Shown in pieces: positions 10,143 to 18,143 of a stretch of 64,000 bases of DNA. Origin of the DNA: a virus (taxonomy: Duplodnaviria; Caudoviricetes); the IMG/VR virus record IMGVR_UViG_3300031555_004728, positions 192,001-256,000 of that record. One strand, 5' to 3'. Both the position numbers and the translations under genes were made by a program. The notes beneath the pieces were generated by a model, which was not told the origin of the DNA, ran no database searches, and saw only the letters and a list, made by a program, of their open reading frames with translations. Each line of letters opens with the position of its first letter. The first letter of the stretch is position 1.

Positions 10143-11168
10143 ATGTTTGATGTACATGAAAGAGACAGACAAGAAATTGACACGATTTTGGATAACCTGA
10201 AAAAGCAGGGCAAAATTGATTTAGAACTTAAAGGTGATAATGAAAGACAACTTTTCCAAGACCAATTTCACCAGCAAGCAATTCAGATGGGATTATTACA
10301 ACAACCCAGTTCTGAATTTGCAAGTTCGTATAATGTACTTAGAGAATTTTTACTTAGTAAGAAATTTGAAAATCTTTCTAGTAATACTTTAAAAATTTAC
10401 TATAATACGATTTTCAATTTTATTGAACAAATGGATGAAGGTAAGACTCTATTTGATGTCAAGACTGCTGATATCAGAGCTTATTTAATGCACTATCAAG
10501 ATGAACATAAGTGTTCTAGTCTAACTATAGATAATATGAGAAGGTGTTTCTCATCATTTTATAATTGGCTAGAAGATGAGGATTATGCTATTAAAAACCC
10601 GGTTAAAAAGATAAAGAAAATAAAAAGTGATAAAGTTATAAAGAAACCATTTAGTCATGAAGAATTGGAAATGATTAAAGATGCTTGTAGAAACTATAGG
10701 GAATTATCACTTATAGAGTTTCTGTATTCTACAGGTATTCGTGTTAGTGAACTTTGTGGACTAGATATTTCAGATTTAGATTTTAACCAAAGAGAAGGTA
10801 TTGTATTTGGTAAAGGTAGCAAAGAACGTGTTATATATTTTGATGTTAGAAGCAAAGTCCATTTATTACGATATTTAAATACAAGAGTCGATAATAATCC
10901 GGCATTATTTGTTACTAAGAAATATCCATTTAATAGATTAGAAAAAAGCGGTGTCGAATCTATTATAAGAGAAATAGGTAAACGTGCTGGAGTGGAAAAA
11001 TGTCATCCACATAGATTTAGAAGAACATTTGCTACTAACCTTCTCGATAGAGGGGTTCCTATCGAGCAAGTACAGATTTTATTAGGTCATAATAAAATAG
11101 ATACTACGTTATTATATGCTACAGTAAATACACAATCAGTTAAATTAAATCATGACAGATTCGTTTAA
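10143..11168 (+). CDS. tyrosine recombinase (XerD-like, N-terminal SAM-like domain), candidate cassette recombinase
   Basis: Catalytic residues: TGIRVSE (R), GKGSKER (K), HPHRFRRT (HxxR), LLGH (H), TTLLY (Y). Confidence 0.92.
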   Translation: MFDVHERDRQEIDTILDNLKKQGKIDLELKGDNERQLFQDQFHQQAIQMGLLQQPSSEFASSYNVLREFLLSKKFENLSSNTLKIYYNTIFNFIEQMDEGKTLFDVKTADIRAYLMHYQDEHKCSSLTIDNMRRCFSSFYNWLEDEDYAIKNPVKKIKKIKSDKVIKKPFSHEELEMIKDACRNYRELSLIEFLYSTGIRVSELCGLDISDLDFNQREGIVFGKGSKERVIYFDVRSKVHLLRYLNTRVDNNPALFVTKKYPFNRLEKSGVESIIREIGKRAGVEKCHPHRFRRTFATNLLDRGVPIEQVQILLGHNKIDTTLLYATVNTQSVKLNHDRFV

Positions 11169-11179
11169 TTAGAAAATAA

Positions 11180-11212
11180 AAATGACTAGATAGAAAATCT
11201 ATCTAGTCATTT
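11180..11212. terminator. bidirectional terminator between convergent genes
   Basis: AAATGACTAGATAGA / TCTATCTAGTCATTT inverted repeat flanked by A and T runs. Confidence 0.75.
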
Positions 11213-11224
11213 ATTTTTTTAATA

Positions 11225-12130
11225 TTAGAATGTGATATCAATTGCTTTAACAGCTTCGATTGTTTCAGCATTTCTAATTTCAACTTCAATTTCCTGTTGT
11301 TTAGATACTAATGGTCTAACAACTGCTTCAATGTCTGCAGCAAGAGCCTGAAGTTCATCTAATGTCCAGTCATATGTACATACTTCTCCAGTAGCATTCC
11401 ATGATGGAGTATATTCTGGATTTAATGATGCCATCATAATAACTGCCATAAGTTGTGATTGTTTTTCTTGTGTCATACTGTATTCAGCTTCAACACCAGC
11501 ATGTGCTGTAGATTTAACAGTATTTGTTGCAAGATAATTTGCAAGATTAACTTTGCTTGTTGCAATTCTGTAATCTTTAAGACCTTCAAGATCAAGTTCA
11601 TCTTCATCAAGAAGATTAAGTTGTGTCTTGATAATGTCAATATCACTTGCATTACTTGTAACAGTTTCATTATATTTAGCCATTTGAGCTAATGATTCTT
11701 TAAGTTCAGTATTAGCTGTGCTCAAAGTTTCAACTTTACCAGCAAGTGTCTTATTTTCTCCTTGAAGTGTATTAACAAGATCTTCAAGAGTTGCAATCTG
11801 CTCTGGGATTGTTGTAGAGAGGCTCATCTTAGCTTCTAATACTTCAACTTCTTCACCATCAATTTCAACAAATGCTGTTGAGATTTGTTCTAATACAGTA
11901 TAATCATTGATTGTACGAACTTCAACTTCATTTTCATATACTGTAAGAACTGCAGTCTTTAATTCATCCTGACAGATAGCTTTTACTGCTGCAATTGTAT
12001 CAATTTCTTTGCCAAATGTAAAGCAAATAACTTTTTTACTAACGCCTTTTCTTTTAAGAATTGATTCAAAAGGAAGGGCTGCAAGAGGATATGCAGTAGA
12101 GTCATTTGTGACTAATTTATACATACTCAT
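11225..12130 (-). CDS. coiled-coil protein with C-terminal DUF4376-like domain (tail-fibre associated/chaperone)
   Basis: C-terminal W..T...WTLDELQALAADI...QQEIEVEIRNAETIEAVKAIDITF pattern; central heptad repeats. Confidence 0.6.
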   Translation of the reverse strand: MSMYKLVTNDSTAYPLAALPFESILKRKGVSKKVICFTFGKEIDTIAAVKAICQDELKTAVLTVYENEVEVRTINDYTVLEQISTAFVEIDGEEVEVLEAKMSLSTTIPEQIATLEDLVNTLQGENKTLAGKVETLSTANTELKESLAQMAKYNETVTSNASDIDIIKTQLNLLDEDELDLEGLKDYRIATSKVNLANYLATNTVKSTAHAGVEAEYSMTQEKQSQLMAVIMMASLNPEYTPSWNATGEVCTYDWTLDELQALAADIEAVVRPLVSKQQEIEVEIRNAETIEAVKAIDITF

Positions 12131-12297
12131 AGTAAATTATACCTCACTTTCAAAATTTTAAATAATTAATTTTTAATTACTTTTTCATTTATTGAAATGT
12201 TTCATTTGATGAGAATAGATTAATAATTTAAAAATATATTATATTTAAGTATAGACTATATAATAATACTATTTCTAAAAAAGAAGGGAGTATACAA

Positions 12298-13107
12298 ATG
12301 AGTATTAAAGAAGCAAAAAAGAAAGCAATTAAGAGACAAAAAAGAGAAGAACTTGGATATAAGTTCAGATGTGTTTTAGCAACACTTATTATGATTTTAT
12401 TGGTATCTGGTACATGTGTTGGTGGAGTTGCAATCGTTATTGCATCTGCTAATTCCGCACTTGAAGATATTAGTAAATCAATCGTCTCAAACGAAAATGA
12501 AACTAAAAGTGTAAAAGAAAAAGAAGAGAAAGAAATCATTGAAACTGTAGCAGCTATTGATACTATCTCAGATAAGACAAGTGAGGTTGAAACTGCAGTA
12601 GACGTCAATGAAGAAATTCATCAGGTACATTATGAAAAAATGAGCAAAGAAGAAATTGTATCTGAAGGATTATCACAAGATGAAAATGTAGCACAAAGAA
12701 TGACTATCGACCATAATACAATGTCTATACTTATTCGAGTAGTCGAGGCTGAAGTTACAGGTTCGTCATTCAGATACAAAGGAAATGATGTAAGTTATGA
12801 TGAATTATTAAAATCTAAAATTAGAGTTGCTCAGGTATTCATGAATCGAGTCGAGGATCAAGGTGAATTTAAAAATATAACATCATTATATCAATCACTT
12901 ACATATCCAGGAGCTACATCTACATTTGGTGATGGAAGATATTATAAAGTAGAAATTACTGACATTACTAGAGAAGCTGTTAGATTAGCTTTAAGAGCAG
13001 ATACACCTGATTATACAGATGGTGCATTGTTCTTTAATAGTGGCACATCTTGCAAATATGGTTCATACCTATTTACAGATGCTGTCGGACATTCATTCTA
13101 TAAATAA
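12298..13107 (+). CDS. membrane-anchored SleB/Hydrolase_2-like cell-wall hydrolase
   Basis: N-terminal TM; RVVEAE, VAQVFMNRV, DYTDGALFF, GHSFYK. Confidence 0.75.
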   Translation: MSIKEAKKKAIKRQKREELGYKFRCVLATLIMILLVSGTCVGGVAIVIASANSALEDISKSIVSNENETKSVKEKEEKEIIETVAAIDTISDKTSEVETAVDVNEEIHQVHYEKMSKEEIVSEGLSQDENVAQRMTIDHNTMSILIRVVEAEVTGSSFRYKGNDVSYDELLKSKIRVAQVFMNRVEDQGEFKNITSLYQSLTYPGATSTFGDGRYYKVEITDITREAVRLALRADTPDYTDGALFFNSGTSCKYGSYLFTDAVGHSFYK

Positions 13108-13149
13108 AATAATCCCTAGTAGCATTTAGCTACTAGGGATATTTATTTT

Positions 13150-15417
13150 TTACTCAAAAAATGAAGCCATCATTTCATCAGCAAAATCATCAAAGCTTTT
13201 TTCTTCAACTAAAGATTCTGGAATGTGACTCATTTCCTTAAAAGTATCTTCAATTACTGATTCCATCTTTGCATCTGATTCATCTGAATCTGCTTTATCA
13301 AGATTATCAACCCATTTCTTAAGTGAATTCATATAATCAGATTTCCACTTTTCAAATGCTTCATTAGGTGTTCCATCTTTTTTATCATATTCAAATGCTC
13401 TTACATAAATAGATGTCTTATCAGCATTCTTGTTTTCATACCATCCTTCTGGAATTGATTTCAAATTATACTTCTTATCAAATGTTAGTCTTGCTGTTGT
13501 ATATAATTTACCATGATATACACCATCTCTAAAGTTATCTTCTTTAATTCTTGTCTTATTATGACCAGAACAAGAGTATTTAACTTTATAACCAAGTCTA
13601 TTAAGAAGTTCTACTACATATTTGATATCGTCATCAATTTCATGTGTTGCTTCAGAGAATAGTTCAGAATCAAAATCAACCTGATTTAATACAGTTTCAC
13701 ATATTTTTTCTTCTTCAAACTGATTTTCAAGACATTCTAAAAATACACCAACTTTTGTTTCAAAGTTTTCTGCACTTTCTTCAAAGATTGAATTTATCAT
13801 TTCCATACATGAAATACTTACGTTTTTCATAGGTGCTTCTGATAAAACAGATTCAATAAATTTACCTACATTTGATTCTGTTATGAAAATTCCTTTATTT
13901 AAAGAATCTACTTTTTCAACGATATATTGCTTTCTTTCACTAACAAAATCATCAGATGATTCTTTAACAAGAATTTCTGATAATGTGTATTTGTTGTTAT
14001 TGAAACCTGATATAATGTCTTCCGCTGATTCTTTAACATCTTTTTCTTTTTCAACATCTTTAAAGTTTTCGATTGCATGATCTAAGCGATTTAATGCTTC
14101 ATCATAATCTTCTTTTTTAGAGTCTTTATCTTCTCTTATTTTCTTTAAACGTTTTGCAGCATCTTTAACATCAGATGCATCACATTTAAGTCCGAAATCA
14201 ATTTTTTCATCTACAGTAGATTCTTTTACAACTTCTGCAGATTTCTCATAGAAGATAATAACACCATTATCAACTGATGTGAATTCTGCTGTCATAGTAA
14301 TTCCTTTTGTAGACTTTTCATATTTGATTACAATACCATTTTCTTTTATAGGTTTAAACCCACAACCTACAATAGCATTTACAACTTCAGATGGTTCTAA
14401 TTCTTGATTAATGAAATTAAATGTATAACGATTCTTTTTAACGTTAATCAATGATTTAAATGATTGGGAATCATTTTCAGGATTTGATAATCTTAGATGT
14501 TTTTTAAGTTTATCAAATAACTTTTTAACTTCAGAATCAAAGATAATATTATTTTTGTATACAACACCTTCAAGAGCGATAAAAGCACCTGATGAGCGTA
14601 ATACATCTCCATAATATTCACTTACTGATTCTGCAGCAACCATTTTAAATTCTTCGTTATTTTCTTCCTCTTCAGAATTAATTTCTGCATCAGTAGATGC
14701 TACCATATCTTTAACAGTTCCAGCACTTTGATGAACTAATAATTGACCATCTACTGGAATAACAGGCATCATAGTTTCAACACCTTCTTGTGCTGTAAAT
14801 CTTGTAGATATGAAGTCTTTAAGAAGATACCCATCTTCTAATGAAATAGCACCAGATAAGATTTGACCATCTATAACTCTCTCATATAAAAATCCAGATT
14901 CTACTCTGTAATCAGGATATGATTCATACATACTTCTTTCGAACTCTGTAAAACCATCTTCTCCATTTGATTCTTTATATAATTTGAGATTATCCATTTT
15001 TCTATCAGCAATTTCTGTTGCTAACTTACCAACCACATTATCATTTGACCATGTTCTTTCAAATGTATATGAGTTGTAAATTGACTCTCCTGTTAATCCG
15101 TTTATGATTTCTTTATAATCTAAAACACTTTCACCAACAAATGGATTGATGTTTGGTACATTAGCTTCAATAACTGATTCAAGAGTCGCATCGTGTAAGG
15201 TATCTGCAGCCTCCAATGCAAATTCTAAAAGTGATTCTTCGCTTGTATTTATAATATTAAGCATAGCACATGCACTAGATTCTGTAAGATATCCTAAGGA
15301 ATAATTTTCAGTGATTTGATTTAATAATCTAAAGTCTTCCAATACTTTAGCTTCCATGTATCTACTACTAAATACTCTTTCTTTTGAGCTAGGTATTGGT
15401 CGTACATCAAAACTCAT
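13150..15417 (-). CDS. large acidic putative virion/head protein
   Basis: 755 aa with many xxES motifs; C-terminal LNRLGYKVKYSCSGH domain; late-type promoter at 15444-15455. Confidence 0.5.
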   Translation of the reverse strand: MSFDVRPIPSSKERVFSSRYMEAKVLEDFRLLNQITENYSLGYLTESSACAMLNIINTSEESLLEFALEAADTLHDATLESVIEANVPNINPFVGESVLDYKEIINGLTGESIYNSYTFERTWSNDNVVGKLATEIADRKMDNLKLYKESNGEDGFTEFERSMYESYPDYRVESGFLYERVIDGQILSGAISLEDGYLLKDFISTRFTAQEGVETMMPVIPVDGQLLVHQSAGTVKDMVASTDAEINSEEEENNEEFKMVAAESVSEYYGDVLRSSGAFIALEGVVYKNNIIFDSEVKKLFDKLKKHLRLSNPENDSQSFKSLINVKKNRYTFNFINQELEPSEVVNAIVGCGFKPIKENGIVIKYEKSTKGITMTAEFTSVDNGVIIFYEKSAEVVKESTVDEKIDFGLKCDASDVKDAAKRLKKIREDKDSKKEDYDEALNRLDHAIENFKDVEKEKDVKESAEDIISGFNNNKYTLSEILVKESSDDFVSERKQYIVEKVDSLNKGIFITESNVGKFIESVLSEAPMKNVSISCMEMINSIFEESAENFETKVGVFLECLENQFEEEKICETVLNQVDFDSELFSEATHEIDDDIKYVVELLNRLGYKVKYSCSGHNKTRIKEDNFRDGVYHGKLYTTARLTFDKKYNLKSIPEGWYENKNADKTSIYVRAFEYDKKDGTPNEAFEKWKSDYMNSLKKWVDNLDKADSDESDAKMESVIEDTFKEMSHIPESLVEEKSFDDFADEMMASFFE

Positions 15418-15500
15418 ATATTTTCACCAACTTTCCATAGATTTAAAAGATTGTTTCGAGTATGGTTAAAAAGTGAATAAAAAGACTAGTAGATTTACTA

Positions 15501-16244
15501 CTAGTCTTTTTCCATAATTCTAAATGAAACTACACCATTATATCCAAACATTTGAAGATTCCTTAGAAGGATATTTGTATTTATAGGATTAGTATATCTA
15601 CCTGCCTCCAAAGTGTATGATCCATCATCATTATTTGTAATAAACAGTGACTTTTTATCAAATTTCTTATTTATTAAATCAGAACGAATCTTTATTAATT
15701 CTTGTTTACTTTTACTAGATCTGACTTTTACGAAATAATAAATATCTGTATCAGATGCCCAACCAATCTTCTCTTTTCTAGTTCGATTGAGTTCTCTTAT
15801 AAATCTACTATATTCGTATATACTAAAATCAGTAATTGTATCATATTTAAATAGTTGATAAATATCATTACTATCTGAACAGCATTCTGATTTAATTCTT
15901 CTATATGTAGTTGAATGTGGATTGTCTATCACATTTTGTGTAGATGCTTTTTGAAGTATTTCATAGTGGGCTATAATACAATCTTCTATCGTATTAAAAG
16001 TTTCTAACTTTTTACCTGTACTTTGTACACCTATACCAGCCACATTATTTCCAACAATTTCATTCTTTAAGAAATTTGTATATGTAAGACACATTATATA
16101 TGCAACATCAACTTGAATATTGAATTCTAATGCATATTTAATATATAAAGATATAATTTCTTCATTATCAACGTTATTATTTTGAGAAAATTTTCTAAGT
16201 TGATAGTCTGTTACAATACTTGCACCAGTTATATTTTTAACCAT
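15501..16244 (-). CDS. glucosaminidase-like domain plus SPOR-like domain
   Basis: NNVAGIG...FNTIEDCIIAH pattern; C-terminal YFVKV...YTLEAGRY...LQMFGY; catalytic Glu not evident. Confidence 0.5.
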   Translation of the reverse strand: MVKNITGASIVTDYQLRKFSQNNNVDNEEIISLYIKYALEFNIQVDVAYIMCLTYTNFLKNEIVGNNVAGIGVQSTGKKLETFNTIEDCIIAHYEILQKASTQNVIDNPHSTTYRRIKSECCSDSNDIYQLFKYDTITDFSIYEYSRFIRELNRTRKEKIGWASDTDIYYFVKVRSSKSKQELIKIRSDLINKKFDKKSLFITNNDDGSYTLEAGRYTNPINTNILLRNLQMFGYNGVVSFRIMEKD

Positions 16245-16351
16245 ACATAACTTCCTTTCTTAACTTATTCAATTAAAAAAATGTTTTTTGAGGTAAAAGA
16301 TATAAAAAAGAAAAGGCTTTGGGAGAAAGCCTTTTCAAAGGAGATTTATAT

Positions 16352-16897
16352 TTAATTCATATCATGAACGTAATATTCGTTCTTGATACTATTAAATACC
16401 TTAATTTCATCTGGCAGTAAATCTGCAGCAATGATAAGACGATTTGAAATCATATCGATGAAAATATCATGAGGTTCGTCATAATACTTTTCATCAGGAA
16501 TATATGCAAAGTAATCATATTTTCCATCATAAATTTCATCGCAGATTTTATTCATTTCTGCAACTGCAAGAGTTTCGATTTCAAGTAATCGATTTGTAGT
16601 GTTTTCATGATCACCATATTTTATTCCAGCTTCAATATAGAGACATCCATATGTTAAAGCAGCTAAAGTTTCTGTAGCTTCAGCAAATGCATCACGAAGC
16701 ATTCCGATACCCTCAAGTTCTTCCTGCTCTTTGATTTTTTCATTTCTTATAGTATTGGTTTTCTTGACACCGTATACAAAAGAATATATAGGCTTAACTA
16801 CATTATATGATGTGAACATATTACATGTTACATCGTTTGAAAATCTCAAACCTTTTCTTCCATATTTCTTTTTGATAATTCGTTTAATCTTTCTCAT
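16352..16897 (-). CDS. hypothetical protein
   Basis: AGGAGG RBS; shares a conserved leader with 43509..43832. Confidence 0.7.
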   Translation of the reverse strand: MRKIKRIIKKKYGRKGLRFSNDVTCNMFTSYNVVKPIYSFVYGVKKTNTIRNEKIKEQEELEGIGMLRDAFAEATETLAALTYGCLYIEAGIKYGDHENTTNRLLEIETLAVAEMNKICDEIYDGKYDYFAYIPDEKYYDEPHDIFIDMISNRLIIAADLLPDEIKVFNSIKNEYYVHDMN

Positions 16898-17067
16898 GAT
16901 TAAACCTCCTTAATAATAATATTTTTTGTTGACGATTGTATTTATTTACGTCACACTATTAAGTTTTCATAAAGGTATGTAATATCTTTTACCTTTATTC
17001 ACGATAATATTATATCATTGAATTTGATAGAAATTACAAGAAAATATAATGGAATAGAGTGGGAGGG

Positions 17068-17149
17068 GAACCAATTTTGTTAAGTTAAATTTCTCTAGTT
17101 ATCGATAATTTACGAAGATTACAGAAATCTTACTTAACAAAACTGCAAC
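17068..17149 (+). repeat. 82-bp palindromic cassette-leader repeat, copy 3
   Basis: Two substitutions relative to copy 1. Confidence 0.95.
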
Positions 17150-17542
17150 CAACAAGAAATTTCTGAAACTTTAAACTATAGAAATGCTTATATAGAAGTA
17201 TTAAAAAATGATGATCAGACAAATACTACAATAACACCTGGTACAGATACTACTTTAAATATGTTTACAATACCTAGTACTGGCATATATTTTATAGTAG
17301 CATCCATAACTGCTACTAGTAAAGAAGATAATAAATATTTAATATTTCATTTGATTAAAACAACTTCAACAGGAACATATTGGACACCTATAGAACTTTG
17401 TGATAGTGGTTCTTATACAAGACTTTCAGGTTCTTGTATGGTTCCACTTGATAAAGGTACTATTTTAACACTTAAAGCAAGTACAAATAATTCAAGTAAT
17501 TTAAGTGTTAGTTATCGTTTTAGTATAGTAAAATTAGTATAA
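17138..17542 (+). CDS. cassette 3, no 5' start codon (C1q/BclA-like beta-sandwich, putative fibre tip)
   Basis: QNCNQQEISETLNYRNAY...FTIPSTGIYFIVAS...LDKGTILTL...FSIVKLV*; FT.P..G.Y and L.KG motifs. Confidence 0.6.
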   Translation, partial: QNCNQQEISETLNYRNAYIEVLKNDDQTNTTITPGTDTTLNMFTIPSTGIYFIVASITATSKEDNKYLIFHLIKTTSTGTYWTPIELCDSGSYTRLSGSCMVPLDKGTILTLKASTNNSSNLSVSYRFSIVKLV

Positions 17543-17582
17543 ATAAATGAGAGAATGGATTTTTTCCATTCTCTCATTTATT

Positions 17583-18125
17583 TTATTCAACGGTTTCAGT
17601 ACTTTCAGTAGTGGTTGTTTCTTCAGATGTATTATTCTCTTCAGAACCATTTTCATTTTCTTCTGTAGATGTATTTTCATCTGGTTCAACGGTTTCAGTA
17701 CTTTCAGTACCTTCTTTTTCAGTTTCAGTATCAACTACATCTTCTGATTTAGTTGATTCTTCTTCTTGAAGTTTGATCTTATTCTGATCAATTTCGTCGT
17801 ATCTTTCATGAACGATAATTGTTGGTTTTTTATTTGTTTCTGTAATACTTGGTACATATGTATCAGAACTTCTACCAGTTGGTACACATACAAATACTCT
17901 TACAGCATCTTGTAATAAAATGAAGTCTTTATGTACTGTATATACAACATCATCATATACAACTTCACTTGTTCCTTTATTGTATGTTTGAAGTTCATAT
18001 GCACTATTAGCAATATCAACCCATTTATCTTGATTATTTTTTATAAAATTATAACCAAAATTATTTCCTATTTTAGCTTCTTCTTTTGTTAAGAATAATG
18101 CTTTATAGTTATATGGTGTATCCAT
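17583..18125 (-). CDS. hypothetical protein with acidic E/T-rich tail
   Basis: ORF; TESTETVE occurs twice. Confidence 0.7.
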   Translation of the reverse strand: MDTPYNYKALFLTKEEAKIGNNFGYNFIKNNQDKWVDIANSAYELQTYNKGTSEVVYDDVVYTVHKDFILLQDAVRVFVCVPTGRSSDTYVPSITETNKKPTIIVHERYDEIDQNKIKLQEEESTKSEDVVDTETEKEGTESTETVEPDENTSTEENENGSEENNTSEETTTTESTETVE

Positions 18126-18143
18126 AATTCATTTATTCCTTTC

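Noticed and set aside
10143-11168. Evidence of a prophage or bacterial chromosome
   Set aside because: No host gene blocks, att site or lysogeny module; the context is uniformly jumbo-phage-like.
17586-17709. ~25-bp direct repeat TTCAACGGTTTCAGTACTTTCAGTA
   Set aside because: Simple intragenic duplication encoding TESTETVE in a low-complexity tail.
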